In this document: positions 9,412 through 20,790 of the stretch, one piece after another
How positions within the stretch are numbered: position 1 is the stretch's first letter
How the letters are laid out: every line of letters begins with the position of its first letter
The notes under the pieces: generated by a model
What the model was told of the DNA's origin: nothing
Database searches by the model: none
Seen by the model: the letters and a program-made list of their open reading frames with translations, nothing else
Program-made: the position numbers and the translations under genes
Source: Eledone cirrhosa
Lineage: Eukaryota
Assembly: GCA_964016885.1 (NCBI GenBank)
Contig: OZ024743.1
Location: 181,226,001 to 181,290,000, forward strand
Reading direction: 5' to 3'
DNA length: 64,000 nt

Positions 9412-12400
9412 ATGACCTCACTCAGAATAGGCAGCATAAATGCGCGTGGCTTGGGGTCGTCATGGAAGCAGGGCCACCTGCTCAACGACCTCAGGTCACT
9501 AAACATAGATGTAGTGGCCATCAGCGAGACCAGAATCTCCGAAGCACAGGCTTTCGCACCGATCTTCGGCGGCTACGATGTGTATGCATCTCCCAGCCGT
9601 CCGGGATCGGGGGGAGGAGTTGCTGTGCTTTTTCGGAGAGGTTTGGATCTTGCCATACGGGCCATCTTCCTGGACCCAGAAGGTAAGTTGGTGGTGCTGG
9701 ACGTGACCAGCGGAGACGGGCAAGCTTTCAGGTTAGTGGCCGTCTATGCCCCGACAGGAGCAGGGCGGCCTGATTTCTTCCGGCGTCTGGAGACCTTTCT
9801 TGGAACGTCCCGCTCTTTAGTGTTAGTGGGCGACTGGAACGGGATCTTAGATGCACGCTGGGATTGTGTGGGATTAGTGGATAGGGAAGGAGGGTGCAAG
9901 AGTCTCACCAACCTGCTCAGAAGTTTTGAACTGTCTGACAGGTACCGAATGGATTTCCCGAATGTACCAATGTGGACTTGGACAAATCGCATAGGGTCAT
10001 CCAGATCATATCTAGATAGAGTATTTTGTAGGGAAATAGATAGGTCTAGCATAGGCTGTCCACAATTCAAGATAGTCAGCTACACGGACCACAAATTCGT
10101 GATCTGTGTGCTTGACTTAGATAGGCTTCATAGACGAGGACCCGGCTACTGGAAGCTAAACGCGTCCTTACCAGCGCGCAAGGCCTACAGAGACCGGATT
10201 AGCGAACTAGTTAAGCGGGCGTTGACGGGGGCCATCGTCAACAACAAGTGGTGGTTTGCTCTGAAAAGAGCAATTAGAATAGAGTCCATTAGGTTTAGTA
10301 AGACTTTAGCAATAGAGAAAAATAGAGCAGAGGGAGAATTAGTTAGAAAATTAGATGAGGCGCTTAGCAAAGGCATCGCGACCGACGTACTTGCGGCGAA
10401 ATTGGCCCTTGACCAATTCTTCAATACAAAGCACGAAGGCTGCGTTGTCAGAGCTAGGGTGCGTGCTCTCAGACACGAGGGGACGAAAGCCGTTCAATGG
10501 GCCCGAGTGGCGGAGGCGCGTCGTGGCAACAAAGCCACGATCCGGTCTTTGGTGGACCACGACGGGCGCATGCTACTCGATCCCGGGCAAATGTGTGAAG
10601 CTTTTCAGCGACACTTCGCTCAACTGTTCGGGGGCAGTGGCGGGCCGGATCGAGGGATGGACTTTAGTGTCTACCTCGACGGACTGCCGCGGCTTTCGGC
10701 CACTGAGGCGGAGTGTTGCGAAAAGCCGATAACAACCGCTGAAGTACGGGATGCAATGACTAGTTGCACAAGGGGCAAATCGCCTGGTTTGGATGGTCTG
10801 CCCTATGAACTTTACGTACAAATGCCAAACTTGTTCGGAGGCCTCTTGGCGGACGTCTACTGCAACTGGCAACAGAACGGGAGAATTCCCAGCTCTGTGA
10901 GCCGAGGAGCGGTGGCGCTGCTGAGAAAGGATCCGAACAAGGGGGATAACATAGATAATTTTAGGCCCATAACTCTGCTAAACACAGAGTTCAAGATTTT
11001 GGCCAAGGTGCTAGCAAAGAGGTTGGCGCTTGTCGTTGGTGGTCTGGTGGGAGAGGCACAGACATGCGCCATTCCCGACAGATCCATCCACGACAACCTC
11101 CACCTCATGCGATACATCGTAGAGAGGGTAGCTAGGGAACCTGGCACGGGTGGGTCTTTGATCAATTTAGATCAGTCGAAAGCCTTCGATAGGGTCGACC
11201 ATCGTTACCTAACGGCAGTCCTGAGGGCGGCTGGCTTTGGGCCCGTCTTCAGAGGCTGGATCGCTGCCATGCACAGCGACATCTGCTCTGTAGTGAGAGT
11301 GAACGGTCACCTTTCGGAACCGTTCAACATCATGCGCTCGGTCCGCCAAGGATGTCCTCTCTCGTCCCTATTATACGTATTGACTCTCGAGCCATTACTG
11401 CACAAACTGGAGACGTTGAGGGGGGTCCCGCGCGAACTAGGATGCGGAAGATCCGTGTCAGCATATGCCGACGATGTCACCGTAGTGGTGTCGAACGCCA
11501 AACACATCGAGGCGATCGGCACTACACTAAGAGAATACGAAGCGGTGACAGGAGCAATGATCAACCAGGAAAAGTCAGTGGGCCTGCAGCTCGGCACCTG
11601 GAGAGGCAGGTCCATGCCGTCCAACAGCGTCGTCGGGCGCTGGACGGACGGACCGGTTAAATTGCTAGGGGTCTGGTTCGGTCCAGACCTCCAGACGGAC
11701 AAAAACTGGGACGAGGTGACGAGCAGGGTGGCTTCTCTCACCCAGAAATGGGCCGAGAGGAAGCTATCCCTAAAAGGTCGAGCGGAGGTGGCGAATGCGT
11801 ACATCGCATCCGTCATCTACTACCGCCTGACCGTCGTACCTTGTCCTAAGCCCCGCCTGACTGCGCTGGAGCGTTTGCTCTTTCGCTTCTTGTGGAAGGG
11901 ACGCGCTCCGATGGTCAGGCGGTCCATCTGCTGTCAACACCCGCTACGTGGAGGGCTGGGCATGCCGTGGCTGATGATGCGCAGACACGCGCTCAGGCTA
12001 CGACATCTCCACCTCTTCCTCGACGGTGATCAGGTGTGGTCGCCGTTTGCAAGACACGTTTTTCCCCAGCTCGTCTCCTTGACGGAGCCGCAGTCCTGGG
12101 TCAAGCGAAGACCGAGAGGGAGCGCTTGGAGACTGGAATGTCTTCAGGCGCTCACAGCCCTCGACCAATCGGGCAATGTGATCGGTGGAAACTCCACCTT
12201 GGCGTTCTATAGGGGATTAGTGGAGGGGAAGAGCGACGACGTACTTGGAGAAACTCTAGGCGTCGACGAAAATCAACTAGCCAATCTCTTCGGAAGGACT
12301 TTCGGGCCGGGGCCTATGGACAACTTCCAGAAATCCCTGGCCTGGCAGTGCTACCGAGGAGCTTTGCCAGTTCGGGATAAACTCTACAGGCATGGAGGTG

Positions 12401-12831
12401 CCGTCAGCCGGGCATGTCCGAGATGCGCGCAGGGCGACGAAACCGTCCTGCACGCACTCGTCCAGTGTCCGAGCATTGCTGACTTGTGGGTTTATGTTGA
12501 ACACCTGCTGTCACGTGTAGGACGGATCCAGCTATCAGCTGAGTCCATCGTGAGGATTGCCACACCCCCTTCCTTTAGCCTGGAAGGGCAGGCAGTTTTT
12601 ATCTGTCTGGTGGCCATGGCGAAAGAGATAGTATGGTGGACACGTTTGAAAGGGCTGAAGACGAGCACTTGCCTCTTCGGTGATGCCCTGATTAACTTTT
12701 TCAAATTTCATTTGAAAAGGAAAATCAGGGTAGAGAGGGAAGTGTTCTCTTCCCAGCATTTTGTTGAAAGATGGGTGAGAGAAGCAAGTATGGCCCGAAT
12801 GAATGGGCCTTCTCTGAGTATGTGTCTGTAA
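9412..12831 (+). CDS. Tx1 ORF2: AP-like endonuclease, reverse transcriptase, C-terminal Cys-rich domain
   Basis: Uninterrupted 1139 aa. Endonuclease motifs SINARGL, ISETR, GDWN, SYLDR, TDH; RT motifs KSPGLDG, FRPITLLN, LDQSKAFDRV, RQGCPLS, YADD; C-terminal CPRC...ETVLHALVQC. Confidence 0.95.
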   Translation: MTSLRIGSINARGLGSSWKQGHLLNDLRSLNIDVVAISETRISEAQAFAPIFGGYDVYASPSRPGSGGGVAVLFRRGLDLAIRAIFLDPEGKLVVLDVTSGDGQAFRLVAVYAPTGAGRPDFFRRLETFLGTSRSLVLVGDWNGILDARWDCVGLVDREGGCKSLTNLLRSFELSDRYRMDFPNVPMWTWTNRIGSSRSYLDRVFCREIDRSSIGCPQFKIVSYTDHKFVICVLDLDRLHRRGPGYWKLNASLPARKAYRDRISELVKRALTGAIVNNKWWFALKRAIRIESIRFSKTLAIEKNRAEGELVRKLDEALSKGIATDVLAAKLALDQFFNTKHEGCVVRARVRALRHEGTKAVQWARVAEARRGNKATIRSLVDHDGRMLLDPGQMCEAFQRHFAQLFGGSGGPDRGMDFSVYLDGLPRLSATEAECCEKPITTAEVRDAMTSCTRGKSPGLDGLPYELYVQMPNLFGGLLADVYCNWQQNGRIPSSVSRGAVALLRKDPNKGDNIDNFRPITLLNTEFKILAKVLAKRLALVVGGLVGEAQTCAIPDRSIHDNLHLMRYIVERVAREPGTGGSLINLDQSKAFDRVDHRYLTAVLRAAGFGPVFRGWIAAMHSDICSVVRVNGHLSEPFNIMRSVRQGCPLSSLLYVLTLEPLLHKLETLRGVPRELGCGRSVSAYADDVTVVVSNAKHIEAIGTTLREYEAVTGAMINQEKSVGLQLGTWRGRSMPSNSVVGRWTDGPVKLLGVWFGPDLQTDKNWDEVTSRVASLTQKWAERKLSLKGRAEVANAYIASVIYYRLTVVPCPKPRLTALERLLFRFLWKGRAPMVRRSICCQHPLRGGLGMPWLMMRRHALRLRHLHLFLDGDQVWSPFARHVFPQLVSLTEPQSWVKRRPRGSAWRLECLQALTALDQSGNVIGGNSTLAFYRGLVEGKSDDVLGETLGVDENQLANLFGRTFGPGPMDNFQKSLAWQCYRGALPVRDKLYRHGGAVSRACPRCAQGDETVLHALVQCPSIADLWVYVEHLLSRVGRIQLSAESIVRIATPPSFSLEGQAVFICLVAMAKEIVWWTRLKGLKTSTCLFGDALINFFKFHLKRKIRVEREVFSSQHFVERWVREASMARMNGPSLSMCL

Positions 12832-13072
12832 ATTAAAGGTGGAAAACTGGGAGAGGGCACTTGCCCTGGTGGTCAGGGCCACTGTGGTCTTTTAATGGGC
12901 TTTCTCCACAAATGTCCCTTGGAAGTCTCCCCCCTATTGGGGAATTTTTCTTTGTTATTTTATTTCAACCTCTGTTTTTTTCACGCAGAAATGCCCATTT
13001 GTACCGTCCTGTATTGTCCTGTACTGTCCTTAATGTCTACTTTATGTGAACCCTTGTGGTTAATAAAGAAAA

Positions 13073-13075
<3 letters not shown>

Positions 13076-13104
<29 letters not shown>

Positions 13105-13272
13105 GTCTTCTTTTTCTTCTTCTTCGTCTTCATTTTCTACTTCTTCTTGTACTTTTTCTTGTACCTCTTATTTTTATTTTTTTATTTTTTTCATTTTCTT
13201 CGCCTTCTTCTTCTTCTTCTTCTTCTTCTTCTTCTTCTTCTTCTTCTTCTTCGTGTACATAATATATATATA

Positions 13273-13338
<66 letters not shown>
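13076..13338. repeat. Compound microsatellite (ATT)n-(CTT)n-(TA)n
   Basis: Directly visible. Confidence 0.95.
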
Positions 13339-13920
<582 letters not shown>

Positions 13921-14138
13921 TAAAATAACAGATTAAAGTTTAAGCAAAGAATCGCTGCTTTCACCCTCATATATGTACAAACACACACACACACAGACGC
14001 ACACACACATACACACATACACAGATATATATATATATATATAGATAGATAATGTAATATATCTACTAACATAAGCGCACAGATGTACGCTAAGTCCCCA
14101 GTGTCCGCGCATCGCCTGGAGACTCGGCTGAGAATGAC

Positions 14139-14218
14139 CTCCCTGATGACGCAATGAAATTCTCAACAGTTCATTACGTAACTGTCTTTATCCCATTGCA
14201 GAAACTAATTAGTTGGAG
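14139..14218 (+). ncRNA. Type I hammerhead ribozyme motif with an intact core
   Basis: Stem I CTCC/GGAG, CTGATGA 14143-14149, stem II GCAATG/CATTGC enclosing an ACAGTT/AACTGT hairpin, GAAA 14201-14204, palindromic stem III AACTAATTAGTT, GTT triplet. Confidence 0.75.
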
Positions 14219-14694
14219 TGAAAATTTAAGTAAGTAAGTTAATTTTTTTGAAAATTTTTTTTTTAAATATTTTCTTATTTTACGTCTTTTATATTATTGT
14301 TCTGCATTCTCCTGCATTGAACCACCTAGCTACTATGACATAACCTGTGTATTTGCTGGTATTAGCGTACATCTGTGCGCTTATGTTAGTAGATATATTA
14401 AATTATCTATATTTATCTCCAAATCACTGATTTGTCGAGCAAACCTGCCAAAAACACTTCTAAAAATTTTTTGGGTGTGTTAGTAGGCGCCTGTCATCTT
14501 ACCATCCCATTCCTACTAACTAGCCTCTGTGTCACGTGATTGATTCTTTAGAATCGGCTATATGATCAGTGGCAGTGAGAATTTTCAGTAGCTGGAATCC
14601 AGTCCTCGATAGCTGTTCCATTTACCGAATTATTATTATTTTTATATGAGTCCCCAGTGTCCGCGCATCGCCTGGAGACTCGGCTGAGAATTAC

Positions 14695-14774
14695 CTCCCC
14701 GATGACGCAATGAAATTCTCAACAGTTCATTAAGTAACTGTCTTTATCCCATTGCAGAAACTAATTAGTTGGAG
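14695..14774 (+). ncRNA. Second copy of this hammerhead with a core mutation (CCGATGA), probably impaired
   Basis: Same fold 556 bp downstream, with U4 changed to C. Confidence 0.65.
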
Positions 14775-14906
14775 TGAAAATTTAAGTAAGTTAATTTTTT
14801 TTGGAAATTTTTTTTTTAAATATTTTCTTATTTTACGTCTTTTATATATATATATATATATCTGTGTATGTGTGTATGTGTGTGTGCGTCTGTGTGTGTG
14901 TGTGTT

Positions 14907-15005
<99 letters not shown>

Positions 15006-15477
15006 GGGGGGAGAGCAAGATAGCTAGATAGATAAGATAAACAGACAGACAGACAGACCGATAGACATATAGATAGTTAAATAGATAGCCGATATATATA
15101 TATATATATGTGTGCGTGTGTGTGTACATAGAGAGGGGTGGGGGGGGGGGGGGGGGTGAATCTGCTTAGTTAGTCACACACACTTATATGTAGGATATCA
15201 TTCAGATCTACTTAATTTTCTTTTTCTTTAATATAGTTAAACGTTAGGAAAGACTACGGCAACAGAGTGTTTCTGATACAATCTTATCAAATAACAATTG
15301 CACCATTCCCATAAACTTCACCTTTGTATTACCTGTAATTTTTCATGTAGCAGCATGAGGTAAATAGCTGTTTTATGCACTGATTCTTTGACAACATGTA
15401 TTATTATATATTTGGGTTCAAAGTGAAATCATAGTAAGTTTGTATAGTAAGTGAATATATTATTGTGACTATTTTCA

Positions 15478-15700
15478 AGTAGGTTTGCGGTCGTGCCCTT
15501 GGCAGTGGAGACTTCTGGTGTCCTTGGCCCTAGGGCTACCTCCCGACTCACCACCATAGGCGCTGAGCTGGCCAGCCGCAGGTGTGAGCCTCACGGGTTG
15601 GAATGACTCTTCCAGCGCTTCTCCCTTACCATCCTCCGGGGAGAATGGTAAGGGAGAAGCGCTTCCTAACGCCTTCTCCATTCTGTCCGCCGGGGCTGTG
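15478..15700 (+). mobile_element. CRE-clade-like RLE retrotransposon 3' coding fragment containing an internal foldback
   Basis: Manual translation gives RFAVVPLAVETSGVLGPRA...*LFQRFSLTILRG...NAFSILS, like the CRE C-terminal pattern P-x-A-V-E-T-x-G...FQRLS...RGNA. Confidence 0.6.
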
Positions 15701-16149
15701 GGGTGGCCAGCACGTGGGACCCCAGAGAGACGGTGTGGGCGGGAGAGATCGAGGCGATGACAGTGGAAGTTCGGCTTTTCCACGTTCGAACCATATCCTT
15801 GTGGTTGTGTTCATTATCTATAGATAATTATATAACATTTGTAATATGGTTTCGCCAATTGAAAACAGCCAGAACTCCCACATTACTTTCAATTAAAAAT
15901 TGATTAATTAAACCAACGTTAGATAATACAGCACAACAATAGCAACAACAGCATCATAATACAATATTAAAAGTAGTTTTATACAAATTATATTGTATTA
16001 CATATGAACAAACAGAAATAGAGAGAAGCATTAGAAAGGACTGTAAATGCCATAAATGAGAGGGAAAGGTGGAGAAGAGCAAGGACTACTAGATTGAGAT
16101 AATCTGATGTGAAACATATTTTTCATTCTTCATTCTATTTCGTTTGGAA

Positions 16150-16712
16150 GGGTAATGGATTGGCAGTAATTGGTAGAGCGTCGGACACCACTTTGTGGTA
16201 TATAGTTACGGCCTTTTACTTTCTGAGTTCTAAGCCTGCCGAGGTTAGCTTTGTATTTCATCCTTACGGATTCGATAAAATAAAGTACCAGTAACGCACT
16301 GGGGTCGATTTACTCGATCCCTCCCCCCACCCGCAGAAAAAATTGTTGGCCTTGTGCTTAAATTAGAAACTATCATTATTCGAGGTTAACTTTGCCTTTC
16401 ATCCTTACGGGGTCGATAAAATAAAGTACCAGTAATGCACTGGGTATTTGCTGGCCTTGTGCCTAAAGTAGAAACAATTATTATTATTGAGAGCAATTTA
16501 TTGGCAGTATCAGTAGGGCGTCGAACACGACTTTGTGGTGTAGAGTTATGGCCCTTTACTTTCTGAGTTCAAATCCTGCTGAGATTAGCTTTGCCTTTCA
16601 TCCTTACGGGGTCGATAAAATAAAATACCACAAATGTACTGGCGTCAATTTAATCTACTTTCCCTTCCTACCAAAATTGTTGGCCTTGTACCTAAAGTAG
16701 AAACCATGATTT
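16150..16712 (+). mobile_element. Three head-to-tail Nin-domain SINE copies (~16150-16380, truncated 16381-16489, ~16495-16712)
   Basis: A-box-like TGGCAGTA(A)TTGGTAG, B-box GAGTTC(A/T)AA, Nin domain and ATT tail. Confidence 0.8.
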
Positions 16713-16811
16713 TGTCTACCTTTACAATATAAAGTAAACAAGATGTCTAACTAGTTTTATATAAACAACATTTATCTTTCGATGTATTTATTAATCTGTT
16801 GTTCTAGTTGA

Positions 16812-17268
16812 ATTAATTGTCACAGGAATGCTACCACTTGAAACAAATTTCGCCGGAGATAGAAAAATTTAATAAGTGTGGGGTGGGCGGAATAACAGCG
16901 GGTGGGGTGGTCGAATATTCGAAACCCTGGAGTAGGAAAATGAATCGGTAAGCAATAATATACGTTCAAGGTAGACAACTTGGTTTTATAGAAAAAAGTA
17001 AATTAAAGGTAAATAACTCAATTTAATGCATACGCAAAGGTACATAACTCTTCCGTCAAACTTGATTTTTATCAATGCTATTTCAGTCTGCATAAATTTC
17101 CTTCCTAACATGCTGGCAACTCTCAGGTTTCGAATAATCCTTCCCCCAACGCCGCTGATTAATTTTTAAGATGTTTCCGACCTCTTCCCATATTCTCCAC
17201 TTATTAGATTTTGCTAATCTTTCTCCGGCGAAATTTTATTTTAAGTTGTAGCATTCCTGCAATAATTT
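16812..17268. repeat. Two oppositely oriented partial copies (~16812-16934 and ~17118-17268) of the MITE family seen at 38449-38777
   Basis: AAATTTCGCCGGAGA occurs at ~16846 and ~38644, and as its reverse complement at ~17222. Confidence 0.6.
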
Positions 17269-17289
17269 ACACATTAAAAAACATTATTC

Positions 17290-17480
17290 ATGGTGAATCG
17301 GAAGTATCGGTAGAGGGTTGGACGCCATGCTGTCTAGCATAGTTACGTCCCTTTACAGTCTGAGTTCAAATCCCGCCGAGGTTAACTTTGCCTTTCATCT
17401 TTACGGGGTCGATAAAATAAAGTACCAGTAATGTACTGGGTAATTGCTGGCCTTGTGCCTAAAGTAGAAACAATTATTCA
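17290..17480 (+). mobile_element. Nin-domain SINE
   Basis: A and B boxes, Nin domain and tail. Confidence 0.8.
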
Positions 17481-17849
17481 TGACAAAGAAAGTAAATTAC
17501 TATTAATAGAAGTCCCATACGTTATTTTTTTTAAATAGGATGGGTTGGGGTCTCAATATGTAAACTAAACGACTAATTCTGGTGATTAAAAAAAATCAAT
17601 GGAGACAACCAAGAAAAATTACCGATTCTCCAACCCCTTCACACCTATTATTTGTGACCCGCTTATTCGTGTCTGTATTTTAACACATGCTAAGGGAAGT
17701 AACTCTGAGTCAATTATCGTTTGTAGTGTTGGCGGTATTGCCAGCGATACTGTTAACGTCTACCACTACCATGACTACCAATGTTATTTTTCCACTCCAA
17801 GAAAGCATTTAAATATAAGTTTGGAATCAGAGGCACTGGAAAGTAGTTC

Positions 17850-18420
17850 CAGCTAGATCCTGTCAAGAAAATTTCCATACGGTTTCAATACTCCGCATGT
17901 CTCCGATTTCCGATTAGCTAAACGTCAGCAGAAGGGCACCCATGTGTCTTGATTTGGATGTGGCCCGGCCTCCATAGGGTGTAAGAAATTAGGGGCCGAA
18001 ATACTTGCTTGAGTGGGGTTTCTTCTCTAAATTTCTTCTGCTTTCCAGCTCTCCTGAGAGTTTCTTGCCACTTAGTTATTTCATTTCGTAAGAAACGGTA
18101 CCAGGATATAGAGGAAAGTTACATACCATAGACTTGTGTTCTATCCAGTTGAAAAGGTATTTAACCGACATCTGCTTAATACTCAAGAAATTGGAAGCAG
18201 AAATCAGTACCTGTTCACTACACTGAACTCTATAGGTTTCAATTAACCAAGAGGTCAATGAGAAGGATGAGAGCACCTGAGAAAGTTACATACGGTAGAC
18301 TTGCTGTTTCACTAATCTCTCATCTACTCAATAAACGTCTGAATTTAACCATTCCATAAATAATTAGCTATCTAGAATAGTAGAAGCTACTGTTAGTGTT
18401 TTCTGGAACATACCAGTCTT
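17850..18420 (-). pseudogene. Possible highly decayed tyrosine-recombinase (DIRS/Ngaro-like) fragment
   Basis: Broken minus-strand frames give FLRCS and SYTLWR-AGAT...PSADV*LIG, reminiscent of FLRxSE and HSLRxGxAT. Many disruptions. Confidence 0.25.
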
Positions 18421-18479
18421 AGTCTTTCAAGATGGTAACTTTTTGAAATATTTCTTCTAACTTTGAACCAGACAACAAA

Positions 18480-18832
18480 AGGCTAAGCACAACAAACTAA
18501 TGGGCTTCCGTCGATTTCGGTGTTGAGTGTTCCAAATTTTCGATCAACCTAATAGCTTGCTTATGAAATTAACGTGTAAGTGGCTGAGTATCCTCTAGTT
18601 GCGAACACCCTTAACGTAATTCAGCGTGACACGGTATGACAAACCTTGCTTCTTTGAATTGCAGCTTCAATCCATACGACGGGCATCCGTTCAGATTCAG
18701 TCAACCTAATTTCCCTCATAAACCACAGATCAACAAGAAACTATAGTAAAAACTGTTGCCCAAGATACCTCTCTGTGGTCTCGAACACCAGGTTTAATGA
18801 TTGCGAAGCGAACATCTTAAACATTTAGCTAT
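18480..18832 (-). mobile_element. Decayed tRNA-headed SINE of a second family; a related opposite-strand copy lies at ~19095-19380
   Basis: The minus strand begins with A/B-box-like tagctaaatgtttaagatg...ggtgttcgagaccac, then cttgggcaa. The internal blocks ttaacgtaattc, ctttgaatt and cgatcaac have reverse-complement counterparts at ~19230-19345. Confidence 0.45.
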
Positions 18833-19427
18833 GATCTACCACAATTAATTCAAAACATATTGAAGATACATAACGAAACTATATTCTAGATAACGTTGTT
18901 TCTCTTTATATTTTATTTTGGTTATACATCTGGAGAAAATTGAGAGAATGTTAAAGTTTGGAGCAGAAAAAAAATGAAGAAAAGAGAAGATAAAAATAGT
19001 TAAAACCAGTTAATTTTACACTTTTTTTCTTTTCGTTTTTCCTTTTAATGGACTGTCTTTTACACTAAATTTCGATAGTCTTGCTATTAGTTTGTCTGGA
19101 GGTAGCTTGGTCACATTAGGTCATGCGTTCCAGCCCACTTCCGGGCATCGTGCGCAATTATCTTTTACCATAGGCTCAGGTTGACACGGGTCTTGTGAGT
19201 GAAAAAAAATGTCGGATAGACTGAACCTGTAATTCAAAGCGTCAGCCCTGTCATACACACACACACTATGTGATGCCGAATCTCCCTGAGAATTACATTA
19301 AAGACACACATTTAATTCATGCATAGGAGGTTCAGTTGATCGAACAACTTGAACACTCATCGTCGAAAACGGAGACGATCCATTCCAGTAGTAATTCTGA
19401 TTTCATGATTATAATGTTGATTGTGAT

Positions 19428-19471
19428 GGAGGAGGAGGAGGAGGAGGAGGAGGAGGAGGAGGAGGAGGAGG
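19428..19471. repeat. (GAG)n microsatellite
   Basis: Directly visible. Confidence 0.95.
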
Positions 19472-19506
19472 AAAAAAGATCTGTTCATCATCATAATCAT
19501 TGTCTT

Positions 19507-19698
19507 CGGTGGTTTGGCAGTATCGGTAGAGGGTCGGAGAACAGGCTTTGCAGCACAGGGTTACGCCCCTTTCTGATCTGAGTTCAAATCCTGCCGAGGT
19601 TAACTTTGCCTTTCATCCTTACAGGGTCGATACAATAAAGTACCAATAATGCACTGGGATAATTGCTGGCCTTGTGCCAAAAGTAGAAACAATTATTT
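19507..19698 (+). mobile_element. Nin-domain SINE
   Basis: TGGCAGTATCGGTAG, GAGTTCAAATCC, Nin domain and tail. Confidence 0.8.
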
Positions 19699-19834
19699 CT
19701 ACTAGAGCCCTTGCCATGTCTTTTTTTTTCCGTTTTTTTTTATATTTTCTTATTTTACATTCCATTCTTTCTTCTCAATCTAAATTTTCTTTTTTCCTTT
19801 TTGTATTAAATTGTATTTACATGTTATCATCTAG

Positions 19835-20790
19835 TACAGGTAATTGATGATAACCTCGGTTGAGGTAGATTTTAGAGAAAAGCGAGCAACCTGCTAATTG
19901 GACCGAGAAGCCTTGTATATGCAGAATGGAGTAGCATTAGGGTGAGGTACTTTTATTAAGACGGCGATAATCCCTGATGGGTCGCCAAGCTCTATTGGGT
20001 TTTGGCGCTTCGTGTAGAGGTGAAGACCAGGGACGGTTTGATCGATGAACGATGCCCAAAGCTTCCATATTGTCAAATTTGACCTTCACTATAGCAAATT
20101 TGTCTGGTGGTAGACGACATACACGGTTGTGTACTGGAGAACTGGTGGTTGGAATGTGGTGCTTTACTCTGTGGTGAGTTGTGGATTGGGAGATGTCATG
20201 ATAATGAGTTTAAGGTAATTCAAAAAGAATTCCGAGAACTCGTTCTTGGTCTCAGAGACGTTTGATATAAGAAAAGTCACACGTGCAGATGTGGCCAGTG
20301 AGACAGAGGCATACGTACTGCTATTGACGAGTCGTCTCCCCTGATTATCGACCAGCAGTGAGTGAGCCCGATGGAAGTCTGCTCCAATGATAGGCTGATG
20401 GGCATCAACGACGGTGAATGTCCATGTATATTAGTGTGAGCCTCTGTGGAAGGAGAGAGTACGGTATCTGTAAGCTTTGATTGTAGAATCATTGGCAGCT
20501 GCCACTGACTCCCTTCTCTATACGGAGGTCGTTTGCAGATGCCGTGATGACATTGATTTCTACTTCTGTGTCGATTAAGAATCTGATTGGAGATCTGATC
20601 ATAGACATACAGGACAGTTGATCATGTTTGCCGACCACCAGGGTGTTTATTGGTGGTTGGTCCTAGAGTTTCTCCCGGAGTCGATGATGAAGAGCTATTG
20701 AAGTTACATGGTTACTTGGTATATTTTGCTTCAAATTTCTTGTGAAAGAAACACATATCACTTTACTCATTGTGGTTAACCTCGTGGTGT
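19835..20790 (-). pseudogene. Decayed Ty3/gypsy gag-end, protease and RT N-terminal fragment
   Basis: Manual minus-strand translation gives CFFHKKF (gag end), FLIDT and PIIGADF...LLVD (protease), and WSSPLH...WRPIRDYRRLN...FSKIYLNRGYHQLPV (RT). Stops and frameshifts are present and no LTR was seen. Confidence 0.75.

Larger units (their letters stand above)
7169..13075 (+). mobile_element. Full-length Tx1/L1-clade non-LTR retrotransposon inside an (ATT)n microsatellite
   Basis: ORF1 followed by an APE-RT ORF2, then a 3' UTR with AATAAA at ~13062. (ATT)n lies immediately on both flanks. Confidence 0.88.
14045..14845 (+). mobile_element. Non-autonomous Penelope-type or retrozyme-like element: partial tandem repeat (556-bp period) with an inverted 5' segment
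   Basis: 14093-~14292 is repeated at 14649-~14845. 14045-14092 is the reverse complement of ~14362-14410. Each repeat carries a hammerhead motif and both ends abut (TA)n. Confidence 0.7.

Noticed and set aside
9378-12882. Overlapping and antisense short ORFs within the Tx1 and Dong coding regions
   Set aside because: They are shadow frames of long GC-rich ORFs with no recognisable motifs.
14129-14167. SECIS element or type III hammerhead reading of TGAGAAT...ATTCTCA
   Set aside because: There is no SECIS helix II and no stem I hairpin; the type I fold with a pseudoknot explains the sequence better.
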